Shown here in pieces: positions 52,100 to 64,000 of a stretch of DNA of 64,000 bases. The first letter of the stretch is position 1. Each line of letters starts with the position of its first letter. A program made the translations under genes and the position numbers. The notes below the pieces were generated by a model, which was not told the origin of the DNA, searched no databases, and was given only the letters and a program-made list of their open reading frames with translations. Origin of the DNA: Paecilomyces variotii (taxonomy: Eukaryota); the NCBI GenBank assembly GCA_004022145.1, contig RCNU01000008.1; one strand, given 5' to 3'.

Positions 52100-54800
52100 A
52101 GATTATTAAATAAGTTATATATTTATCTAATATTAAATACTTAAGGTAATATTATTAATAAAGATCCTATTATAGTATTTATTAATAATAATAATATATT
52201 TATTAATATTATATTTAATATTATTATTATTAATAGATTATATACTAGCAATTATCTCTATATAATAGATATAGCTATTATTAAACTAATTAACTTTCTT
52301 AGTAAATTATTCTATTTTAATCTGTAAGATATTCTCTAAATTAAATAGAGCTAAAGAATTAAAGAGATATTTAGAGTCTTTTAATATAGTAAGGTTATTA
52401 ATTAATAGATTTTAAACTAATAAAAATATCTTATCTAATATAAATGCTATAATATATAAACTAGGTATATATTAACTAAATATAGACTTAATCCTTTTTT
52501 ATAAACTTTATATCTAAATATTTATTAAGCAAACCTAATTAAAACTAATATTTATATTATATATAGAATTTTAATAAGCCTTTATTTTAATTTTACAGTT
52601 TATATTAAAATATTTAAGGCTAAGATTAATTACTTTAAAATAAGTAGGCTTATTTTACTAATTAATAAAACCTAATACTAGAATAATATATTATAGCTCT
52701 AGATTATTAACTAAAGATAAATACTATTAGTAATATAGCATTTTATTACTATAGTTATATTAAGATATACTAAAAAAATAGATAATTAATAGATTAACTA
52801 AATAATAAAAAAGCCTAATATTACTATATTTAATAGCATATTAAATAATAAGAAATAACTTAATTTCTTATAATAGCTAATATATAAAATAAAATCTAAT
52901 ATTTTAGATAAGTTCTTTTATATAGAGATTAATCTTTTTCTAGGCATTTAATATAAATACTATAAGTTAAATATCTTTAATAAGCTATAGGTAATCTGTA
53001 GCTATTAAAGTATTAATAACTTAATTATATTTTTATTATTTTTTAAGAGAGTTATTAGTAATAATTATAAGATATTCTCTATACTCTATTAAATAATAAA
53101 ATAAAGCTAAGACTTAGATTATAAAACTCTATAAAACAATTAGCTCTAATTAATAATATTTAGGGTTTTTTAAATTTATTTAGCTATATCTCTATATAGA
53201 TATATTAGATTTAATATAATAATATACTTCTTAACTAGATATTATAGGCGCGAAATATATTTATATTATTATATTTAATAGATTTAATTAAATATAGAAT
53301 TATATAGAAACTCTAAAAAGCTACTGCCTTTAATTATAAGGTAATTTAATATATAATTATTTAGTCTATATAGTTTAGATATATTCTGCTATAAGCTAAT
53401 TGCTATAGATAAGCTAGAGGCATATATTAAAATTATTAAACTTTCTTAGTTTTTAAAAAGTATAGAGATATAACTACTAAAAAAAGATATTATTATAAAT
53501 ACTATAAGTCCTAGCAATAATTCCTTTATCTTTAAAAATTGCTTTAAATTACTAAAATTATATCTAGTTTAAAATAAGGTAATTTAGTTCTAATATAGTA
53601 GATATTATTAATTTAATTAATTTAAATATTCTTTTAATAGAAGATAGATATATCTTTATAATTATATTTAATATAAAAAAGCTAGATATTTACTTTCTAG
53701 TGCTATTATTATTACTATATATTACTAGGGATTTAATAATATTATAGAAATTAAGAGAAATAATTAGATTATATATATTCTATAATAGGCCTATTATTAA
53801 GATATTAAGATATAATATAATTACTACTATAGTTATTATATATATTATAGCTTTATACCTAAGGATTTTATTATATATTATTTTTTTAAAATTTATATTA
53901 TTATAGATTATAATAGCTTATAGGTTCTTTTCTATAATTAGTAGGTATAATTATAATTAAGGTTAGTCTTCTAATTATCTAGGAGTTTAAGGGTTATCTA
54001 AGGAATATATAAAAGTTAAAACTATTTATATAGAATATTAGAATAAAAATTAAATTATCTGCTTATAGTCTATTATTTATTTTATTAAATAATTCCCCTA
54101 TATATAATTATAATATAGCCTAAGACCTAATAAAATCTCTATAACTTAATGCTTTACCCCTAAGCCTATTAAATAGATATTAAGTATTAAAAATAAGTAG
54201 TTTAACTGTTTTATATATTAAGAATAATAGATTATATTAATAATAATAAATAGGTATTATTAAAGATTTTCTCTACTATACTAATTAATATAACTTAACT
54301 AATAAGTATAATAATTTCTTAATAGATTATAAAGAAATCTATATAGCCTTAGAATAATATTTTAAATAATATTAAAAGCAGTTTTAAAATTAATATCCTC
54401 TACTAAAATAATATAATTAAACTTCTTAAAATAGAATTATTTAATAAGCTTATTAAGCTCTGCCTTAATTATAAAAGCCAGATTATATTAATTATTAATC
54501 TCTAATATCTTATTTAATATCTTTTTTTAAAAAGTTTATCTTATTTTATAAATATAATAGTAGTAATATTAAATCTCTAAAAAATATATAATTTAAATAT
54601 ATATAAGCTATTAAAAGCTTTAATAGGAGTTATATAAATAATTAGCAAATATCTATAGTTTTTGCTAAGTCTAGTATAAAAAATACTTATTTAAGCCCTT
54701 TAGATTATAAATATTAATATTATTATTCTCTATCCTAATATAAGCCCCCTTATATTTATTTCTATTAATTTTAGAATTATTTAGTAATATAATCTCTATA
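52100..54800 (-). pseudogene. RIP-mutated Academ-type (DUF6589-like) transposase
   Basis: Four back-translated motifs fall in one - frame: GIYLVGSGVKRRVVEIL.GLGLC.SY (about 54100-54180), VYDNMNFKE.VRD..LG...M..MTTA (about 53825-53910), LVHGDQLTAERIR (53375-53413) and PAWFHIQLNLL (about 53276-53308). These resemble fungal DUF6589 proteins as recalled. Ends approximate. Confidence 0.75.
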
Positions 54801-55207
54801 AAAGGTAAAAATAAGTAAGTTAAGAATATATTAGATAATAGTAATTTTAGATATTATTCTTAAAATATTTTTATATAAAATTAGGGCTCTATATTAAATA
54901 TTAGAAATAAAGAAGATTAAAATAAATTAATTAAGCCTATTTTTAACTTAAATAGATATAATTTAAGATATAAAGTATAATATTAAAAATTAATGCTTAA
55001 TTTTATATAAGGTTATTTAAATATCCCTTATAAATTATAATTAATTATTTTTAGATCTTTTATAAGGTTTTTTACTATATAATCTATTATTAATCTAGGA
55101 GTTAGTAGGGGCTTTTTTATATTATATTATTGGCCCAGGTCTTTAGTATATATACTAATACAGACTATTATAGCAAAAAGCCTACCCGCAGGGGGGGCAC
55201 CTCGCTA

Positions 55208-55231
55208 GAGGGTCTGAGCTTGCTGAGATAA
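55208..55231 (-). repeat. Right terminal inverted repeat (GAGGGTCTGAGCTTGCTGAGATAA on +)
   Basis: Inverted copy of 25491-25514. Confidence 0.93.
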
Positions 55232-55794
55232 CTACCACCATGATGATGACATTTTCACCCCGCAAAAGCCAAGCTGAGCTGTTCAGCTCCCATCTTAATT
55301 TGATTTAATTTCCTCCAGGGAGCTTTCACTATATAGTAGTAGATCATTGGGTGAGACGGAAGAAAATATATGATTTATTGAATAATTTGATATGAAGGGC
55401 CTTGTACGTATGGAATGAAATTGATGATATACGGGCTAAACATCCAACGACATACTTAATCGAACCGGTCGAATAACGCCCATGAAATCAGAATTCTTGT
55501 TCCGTTGCATCCGAATATGCTCCCCGTTACATGTGGAAACGATAAAGGACCCGCAAGATGCAGGAAGATAAACGACAAAGGGTGTATGTATCTCCCTCCC
55601 TCTCTCTCTTTTTTCTTTTTTTGCCCACAAAGTGCAACAGCATAATAAACGCCATGAGGATAAGGAAAACCGTGATATCAAAGGGGGTTCATGTATACAT
55701 TCACTTTGTCCTATGTCGAGCTCTCCCCTAATTCATTAATCATAACAATAAAAAAAAAAAAGAAACCCAGCTGTACAGGATCTCTGGCAGTCTC

Positions 55795-58700
55795 TTACAT
55801 GCTAGCATTGGTCCACTGGCCCCAGTCTTCGGCTCCAGCGGTTCCAGCGGTTCCAGTGATGGCATTGCCAAACAGTTCATCAAAGTTCATGCCCATATCG
55901 ATACCGCCCAGGGCGCTAAAGTTGTCCACGTCCATTCCCACGTTCTGCGAACAACCCGCGCCAGATATGCGTGGCTGCGATTGTTGGTCATTGGACGGGA
56001 CTTGCGGCTGGAAGCTGAAGCCCTGCCAGCTGAAGTTTTGATTGGGGATCGAGACCAGATCGGGACTCTGCACCATATCGCCCCCAGGAGTGGATGCGTT
56101 CGATGGGGGTGACTGGACGCGGGACTGTCCAGCTTGCTGGTTGAGATGCTGCAGATGAGGGGGCAGAGCGGCAGCTGTGCCGGCAGGTGCTCCACTGGGG
56201 AAAACAGGGACGTTGGCAAACCCATCGTAAACTGGGGTCGATGCATCGAGGGTCGGCATGCGGGCAGACGTGGGGGTGCTCTGCAGGGAAGCAGACTGAA
56301 AACCGTATTGCCCAGCAGCCGCTGAATTGTCGTGTTTGAAGTGGTCGTCCTCCAGCGTCGACATCGGCTGGGCAGGATACATGAATGGATCTCCAGACGG
56401 AAACATGATAGGCATCAGGTCTGGTAGATTAGCACTGTTCTCAAAAGACTGCGATCGGCCTTGCTGCTGCTGCGCTGGTCCCGCCAGCGAAGCCGAAATA
56501 GGTGAAGTGGCCGGTGACTGATTCACAAAGGCCGACGAAACAGACATAGGTTCTCCAGAAAGAGTAGATATACCATTCGTCAACCAAGAACGAGGACTGC
56601 GTTTGTAGGCATGGCTGTCATCCACAGTATTGGCAGCATCAGTGGTGGCCATCTGTCGAGCGAGTTGCGTCGGAAACGTGCTTGCACGCTGTGGAGCTCC
56701 AAAAGCAGTCCCATTGGGTCTTGCACCAGGCTCTGTGGGCGCCTGGATGCTTCTGACCTTGGTTGGGATAATTGACGGTGACGGCCGTTTGAGATTGAGA
56801 GGAGCTGCTGAACTCTGCCTCTTCTTGAGTTTCTCCGGGAGATTCTTAAACAGACACTATTGCGAAAAAAAGTTAGCTCAAGCGCTTTGCAGCTACGAGC
56901 GATTTATGATGCAAAACAGAAACGTACGTTGAGGCTCTGGGAACACCTATCCGCTGCCATACTCTTCTTGGCCAGGCCTGCCAATGTATTCTTCCCTTCG
57001 AGAGCGTCTTTAAGCACGCCGTCCTTCGCGGTGGGCGAGTCTGGGTTCTCGAGAACAAAGAAGATGAGGGACAGAATCGCAAAATACGTCGTGTACATGG
57101 TGAACCAGAAAGAACCATTGAGGAAGCCTCTCTTGTACATTCCGGCAGTAATGTGCACGACGTTCCGGGAAACACTGACACAGGCAGCAGCGCAAGCGTA
57201 AGACCGCTTATCGATTCCGCGGGATTGAATGCCGCTAGAGACGTAGTGGAGGAACGGCCGATACATGACTATCTGTACATGTGCGTAGCTGATACGGAGT
57301 AGCTGTCGTATCCTGAGGTGGAAGTCAGAAAATCTCGCGCGGAGATAAGTTGCGCCATAGTACTCACCTTTCTAATTCCGGGGCCGCCTCCTCCCCAGGA
57401 CGCAGTGCAGATGGGAGCTCCTCCATCCAAGCTTGCAGGTCGCGTTCGATCTCACGGATCTTCGAATGGCTGACCATGTATGTTTGATCGTTCTTCGATC
57501 GATGCTTAGCATTCTTAACAGGATAGATATATTTTACCACCTTCACGATGATATTGACCAAGCGACTATGGGCGTTCGCCCCCTCCATAAGGGAGACCCG
57601 ACCAGGTGGCATCGGAAGAATGGCGTCAGCAGTGATGAACTCGTCGTCAACGGAGAGCGGATACTCCTGGTCAATATCCTGATCGCTCAGCATCTGGGGG
57701 AGACCCAGCAAAGTAGAGACATAGACGTCCATCTTTCTAATGACCCAAAATATACGCTTTCGCAGCTCCCGTTCAATAGGGTTGAAATTAGCGGTCACTG
57801 ATCGGTGGAGACCTAGTCGTAACGCAGCACGCAGAGCAATGCCAACGTACGAGTAGCATGTGCTCAACTTGGCTGAAGACTGCAGGAAAAGAACCATGAA
57901 GCAGATTGCTTGCAGTGAAGTGAGATCGCGACAGTCCGTGATGTCTATCAACTGACGTCCGGCTTTCCAGTATTGGAACCTACAAGAGTTAGTTCATCGT
58001 AGCGCGCCAGGACAGGAGAAAGCACACAAACTCACCCTTGGCCAATAGCACTCTCATAGCCTGCTATGTCCAGAGTGCTGTCCAGGTCATTCGAAAAGAG
58101 ACAACCGACTGAAAGAACAATGTAAAGCAGGGGTAAGAATGCATGTTCCTCGTTGGTGAATTGCTCCGGCGGGGTATCATAAATACGGTCAAACGTGGCA
58201 TAGAATGAAGGTTCATGTACAAAGCGCATTAGGGCACAGGCGTCGTAGAAGGCATTATGGCAGAGTTTCCGCGCGACCGCTTTAGGTGGGAGATCTTGTG
58301 TAGGAGGTAGATTGGCATCGTGCGGCGACTCCGACGCTGATGCTGATTTAGGGCTTTCGAGATAATGTGATATCGGGCGAGTTTTCGGTGACGGTTTTAG
58401 TTCAGGGACGACGGAGTTTCCTAATTGTTTACGAAGCCGCTGCATGAAGATGATACCGGAGGAATGTCCGTGATAATCCCAATGGCCCTGGTCGTCAAGG
58501 TCTAGACAACCAGAGTTCTCTACCATGGTCTCGAGCAAAGACTCATCTCCGTTGTCGGTAGCGGGTTCTGGCTGACTCGTGGACGTGGAGGGTGGTTTGG
58601 GTAGACCAGCCTTTTCCTTCTTCACGGCGGCCAGCACCTGCTCTGCAGCGTGCACATCGAACCGCGGGTCATCTAGGTTGAGATCAGGCAAGACAACTCG

Positions 58701-59140
58701 AAGCAGAGCCTCCGCTTTGTGGAGACGACTCTCCAGTGCCTCGATATACTGCGGGGCGGGGTTGCGCCGACGATTTGATGGTTGATCATATGTGCACTCT
58801 ATGAAAGACAAGCAGGTCGTCAGAATTTGTTGTCAGTTACTCCTTACACCGTCTCGAACCACTTACCATAGCTGTAAACAGTGCAATGCGTACATGGCTG
58901 TTTGCCATCGCATTTGATCTTTTTCCGGCGACATTCGTCACAAGCCCGCGTTACTCTTCTTCGTTTCTGCATCGGATGAGCCTGTTTCTGCTGTGACCCT
59001 AGGGCGGACTCGTCCTTTCCCAAGGAGTCCTGGGCAGGACTGGTGTCGCCATCATCCTGGACGTGGTATTCTGATATCGCAGTCGGGTCGTCCTCATTCT
59101 CACCGGCGGACGAATGTACCGAGCTGGGTTGGGAAGCCAT
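55795..59140 (-). CDS. Zn(II)2Cys6 transcription factor with fungal-specific TF domain (ASG1/Mut3-like), multi-exon
   Basis: [46 protein letters not shown]. Middle homology region LRLGLHR...[26 protein letters not shown]. Later MYRPFLHY motif. GT-AG introns link the ORF pieces 58844-59140, 58032-58811, 57364-57951, 56904-57266 and 55795-56652. Confidence 0.9.
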
Positions 59141-62100
59141 TGCGGGTATATTGATGTTGTAGTCCCAGACGTGTCATGGGGGGAAAACAATATGCGCAGT
59201 AATCTGTTTAGAGGAGGGCACAGTGCGTCATATCTATCGGGTCGCAACGAATGTGGTCTGTGTGGCAATCAACACAGATAAGGCGAAGATCGTTCCGTGA
59301 AAGAGATCAAGTAGACGAACAGAGATCGAGCGCGAATTCCGTGATGCTTGTCCAGCACAGTGATACGTGCCAATGCGACGACAGTATAAATCAAAAGTAT
59401 GGGAATCGAGGAGGTTCTGGTGGTCTTGGCTTTCCGTTCCGGGAAAGTTTCCGCCGGTACAGGAGAAGTATTCAGAGGTCTGGAAAAAGTCCGCCACGAG
59501 AGAATTGCCAGCGATCTTCAGGAACAATCGCGAGCAGCGCTGTAAGTCGTTTCGGACCAATGGGACAGACTGGATAGTCTCAAGGACGAACGGTCAAACT
59601 GGGCGAAAGCGGTGTGCCCTTGTCTGGAATGGCCGGAGATTGCGCTCGAGTCAGGATCCGCCAGGCGATTTGGTATGCACGGTTGTGGAGCGGAGAGGTG
59701 GTGAGATGGCCGCCCTGGCGATCGAGAAGGGGGAAATGTAGACGAGAAATAAAAAAAAGAAAAAGAAAAAAGAACAAGAACGAGTAAAGAGAAAGGAGGA
59801 GAGGAGAGGAGAGGAGAGGAGAGAAGAGTGGTTGGAAAAAGGTTTTTGGCTGTACGAAGCGAAGCGCATCAGTTAGTTACGGGAGGTTGACAGCTTACCC
59901 AAGTCTCCGGGAGGGGGCAGCACCAGTCGCGGCGGATTTTAGTGCGAACGAGGGGGAAATAGACCCGAGAAACAGTGCCAGCTGCCAAAGAAACTAAGAT
60001 CGAAAAGCGAACGGCGATCCCGTTGCTTGGCGATGCGATCGCCCTTCTTCTTTTTTCTATAGAAGCCTCTCGGATATTATTACAGTATTATTCTTCTCTC
60101 TACCTGCTCCAGACGTCCCTGGTCCGGTCCTGCTAGCCGTTCCTGCGTCTTGTCGCGCAAACCTACCTCCAAGTGACCAAACCCGTCAACATATCACGGC
60201 CAGTGGGGATCTGACTATCAGCCTTATTGCCATTGGAACTCTAACACTGAAGAGGGGGAGAAAAGAAAGGAAGGACGGCGGGTGAACGCCACTAGAGGCT
60301 TAAATTACGCTCCGCTCGCGACGGTCGAGAACGCTTCGAACCGTTCGATGAATAGCCTAACCGGGAAATCTATCCATGATGAACTACCGGTATGGTACTC
60401 ATATGTACAAAGTTCCTCTCTCTACCATAGTTATTACCTGATATTATTATTATTCTTCTTCTTACTTGTTCTGATGGTTCTGCAGCTGGCACACGCGGTC
60501 TGTTCCTCATGCCCCTGAATTACTCAACCAGTGCAGAGCTAACTAAATGTGATACGCACAGACAGGACTCTAAATCGGGAAAAATGCAATCGACTAACAA
60601 TAACAATCCGCATGAGCCGTTCTCAAAGGGGGAACCCAACGTTTGACCAGAGCAAAGGCCTCACTGAACCTTTGCGGCTCATCAGGCCCGAATAAGACCA
60701 ATATACTATACGATCTCCCGCGTGCTTGTGTCGTCAGTAAGTCAAATGGAAGAACGGTTTGCCCTCCGTTTCAATTTTCCACCAGCCATTATTATTATTT
60801 CGGAATGTTCCGTCTGCTGCGCAAAACCCCAGGACGGGCCGCTGATGTCATGACCGGAGGTCCGACGCACAATCCCCGATGCTCTTTCACTACGGAGTAT
60901 TGCTTTCCGCTTGGGTGAATATTAATGAAGAAGGCAAAAAAAAAAGGATAGATACGAATAGTCCAGTCGCGACAGGCCACTCAGCTCGACTGCGCTTAAT
61001 CAGCCTTCTGCTCCCATGGTTCGAGCCTGCAGATTCTGAATGCTGTTTCTCCGCAGCTGGGGAAGCGGTGTGTGACTCTCATCGGCAAGTCCTGCAGTTG
61101 GGATCAGTCAGTCCAGCTATGCGTCTAGAAAGGAATGCGCAGGTGTTGCTTGTTTAGTTCTGGCATTATCTTCCTCGAGGGTTATCCAAGCTTGCAACCG
61201 GGCACAGTGCGGGGTCTGACTCAGACTCTCAGTAGCAGCACATCGTTTGCGCGGCCCGCCACTTTAGCGATATCATAATAATAGCGACGCTCAATTATTC
61301 TATTGTCCTGGAGGTAAGTATGTTGGAAGTTTTCCTTATTGCGACGCTCCACTTGGGCGCTCCCGACTGGTGTCTCTCATTGCAACTTGACCTAAGGATG
61401 CGGTACCCCGTTGGGACAAAAGTACACCCATGATGGTAAGAAATGATAGTTAGCCTGGCAGGAATAACAATAATAATAATAATGATGCATCAGGCAGCAC
61501 GTTTGGTCTATTGGGAGCCCACCAATGTTTACGCCGTGCCCAAAAAAGGTGCCATGGGTACCCGAAAAGCCTGCTATTGATTATCTGCACCATGCATCGT
61601 TCTACATTTCTGTTTCTGTCACGGCTAGACTCGATGGAGCATGCGCAGGATATTATGTATTATCATGATCTCTGCGATGACTGATCACGTCGGCCGTTGG
61701 AATCCTGACTCGTAGGCGATTGTAGTCGGAGCGTACCAGTAGTCCCCATACCTCTTATGGCAAAAGACTCCGAGAATGTCTCCCCAAGGAGAAGGCGAGG
61801 GAATTAAGCATAGACTCGGACGAAAGCACAGATAGCTGCAGGTTTCGCCGAAATGGTCGGGCCCAGACTAGCTTCTTTTATGGCGCCCAATAATGCATGG
61901 GACTTATGCAGCCGGTCGACTCTAGCGTCGGTCTCTTCTCTTCTGTTCAGGAATATCGGAGGGAATACCGGGTCGAGAACTGCCCTTTTTGGTGGTCTAT
62001 TCAGTAACTCAGTTAGACCATACTGGGAAGGATGTGGATGTGGACAGCTGCAAGAATCCATGATAAGATTACAATTAGCTGTTGTCAAAAGGCTACTGAG

Positions 62101-64000
62101 AACTTCTCCATCCAGTTTTTGGCAGTGCCGTCTTTCAAGGCGCATATCAAACATTCCATGGCTTTTATGGGATCTCATTATACCCAAATCAAATGTCTTA
62201 TTCACATCCAGTCTACAGTTACTTATTCTACTGGATAAACAGAACTTCTATGTTATCCGCTCTATGTCGGCGCACAAAGCGCACGTCCAGGTGATCTGTC
62301 AATCATCCGTTTGCAGCAGGTTGTTTGCTATCCTGATTTCAAGATAGAACGTACTAGCTCACTAGGATCCAGATTCTTTGTATGCGGTAGGAGTCAAATA
62401 TGGGTTCAAATTCCCAGACGTCAGCTCGCAATTCATTACAAGGTGGTTCAAATCAAACTATGCTTCCGTGCAATTCAATATTCGACACTCTACCACAAAA
62501 TGTAGGTGAAGGCCGCTATGGGACTTCATCTGACCACATTCATCTCCATCCCATCAGAGTCAGGAGTATGAATGGCACAACCCCTCAAATGCCTCTTCGC
62601 TTCAATGCTTTTCTTGGGGTATAAATATCCGCACCTGGCTCTCCATCTTGAACTTTCAACTTCGATCATACAATCCCTGATCCCATATTCTCTTCTTTCT
62701 TGATCCATTATAGTCATGTTATACTATATAGCGCGGTACAGTACACTTACTTGTTACACTATATCGAGATGATCAAAACACACCATCTGTCAGCAAAGTT
62801 GCTGGAAAGTGCTTGGCTTGAATGCCATGAAGCTCAGCGGTTCTATGCTGATAGCAGAGTACGGCATTATTACACTCAGCACAGGCTACTTGATATTAAA
62901 CAACTCCCCGGACTGTATATGTGGCCTTCACAACAAAATCTACTCCCGATGGTCACCCTATCTTTTTGTGCCTCCACAAGGTCTCTTAACAGAGTTCCTC
63001 CGGTTGTCAGTGTTATCCTTTTTTACTGCCTCCAAAATGATCTTTGGCACATCTTTCTTATACGGGATTTCTGTGGTTCGACAATGAAGCAGTTGTCATT
63101 TTTCAATTTTTGTTCTTTCTTCCCAACTCGGCCGCCAGGTCTTCTTTCAGACTGTGACATTGCAATGGTATAATATATACCCGTCTTGATGGAGAGTATA
63201 TACAACCGGTTGCTAGCGGTGCCATTTATATATATACGGGTGAGTACATCTTCTGCTATAACAAGGTTGTGACGGGGACGATGCTTATTCGACTCCTGAT
63301 TCTCCAGTATCACTCGCATGTACAAATCGCTAGCGGGCCATCGGACTGCCAAGCAGGCAGAAATCTCCGAACTAGCAAAACGATTGAACGCTCTTTTATA
63401 CGTTGTTATGATTCGCAGAATGTTCGATCATGAGTGGTTTGGCCAGGTGATCATTCACCTGCCCTTCGCGACGCTGAAGGCTCCGAAAGGCCCCGTGCTA
63501 ATTATTGCCCCAAGCATGACTTTAGCACAGAACTGGGAGATGCAGTGGAATTTACATGTCGATGGTAGCCATCCGCGAACTGGAATGGTACTGGTCAAAG
63601 GGTACGGCATATCCAGTGCCGTCTGGAAATGGCGCGATGGCTGCCGTGGACGCAGGGGCAACAAAAAGGATACGGTTCGGAGGGACATTGGGCAGTTGGA
63701 TCGGTGTCTTTAGCCGGTAAGTGCATTTGGCCCTTCGCCTTGCGATCGTTGTCGATTTCTTGGTGAGCAATGTGAAGCCATCGGCTACTTAATGACAACG
63801 AGCGCCAACATCTCTATAGTGAAGCCGAGGACGCGTTGCAAAACATCTGCATGTCTCTCTTTTCCCGGATCATCAGCTCCAAAAGCGTGTCCTGCCGACC
63901 CTGTACTTCGTGCCGTATTTGGCATCGAAGTAGATAAGGACTTTTCGGATCAAGATTCGTTGGGTCCAAATGCTGCGCTTACATTAGATGCAGTCTACAG

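Larger units (their letters stand above)
25491..55231. mobile_element. RIP-inactivated AcademH-like DNA transposon (about 8.3 kb net; 29.7 kb with nested LTR elements)
   Basis: 24-bp TIRs at 25491-25514 and 55208-55231 with one C/T mismatch. Flanking duplication CCACCACC (25483-25490) / CTACCACC (55232-55239). Internal RecQ helicase (+) and DUF6589/Academ-like transposase (-) relics. AT-richness starts and stops at the TIRs. Confidence 0.85.

Noticed and set aside
25491-55231. Centromere interpretation of the 30-kb AT-rich block
   Set aside because: The whole block is bounded by one TIR pair and one TSD inside a short intergenic region, so a single nested insertion explains it. Centromere function cannot be shown from sequence; CENP-A ChIP or Hi-C would be needed.
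25483-55239. hAT transposon, suggested by an 8-bp TSD
   Set aside because: No hAT motifs were recognised. The transposase motifs and the helicase partner fit Academ/DUF6589.
59200-63300. Numerous 60-165-aa ORFs upstream of the Zn2Cys6 gene
   Set aside because: No domain motifs or coherent exon structure recognised; treated as intergenic or unresolved.

Overview
Filamentous ascomycete DNA (Eurotiales-like, judged from gene content, introns and RIP). Bases 1-25.4 kb hold conserved genes: the divergent gaaC/gaaA D-galacturonate pair with a GARE motif, an ING/PHD protein, a QIP-like DEDDh exonuclease, a TenA-family protein, an RTA1-family membrane protein, an FHA-forkhead factor, pacC with clustered PacC sites, and a prolyl-4-hydroxylase-like oxygenase. 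A Zn2Cys6 factor lies at 55.8-59.1 kb. The ORF-free AT-rich block at 25,491-55,231 can be read despite heavy RIP (C>T/G>A) mutation. It is a single ~8.3-kb DNA transposon with 24-bp terminal inverted repeats (TIRs) and an 8-9-bp target-site duplication (TSD). It carries a RecQ-type helicase on + and a convergent DUF6589/Academ-type transposase on -, which is the AcademH architecture. Three full-length chromodomain Gypsy elements, each with paired LTRs and a 5-bp TSD, expanded it to 29.7 kb, and one is nested inside another. Two of the Gypsy elements have about 2 kb of unexplained sequence downstream of pol. All protein readings inside the RIP block are manual back-translations and need confirmation.
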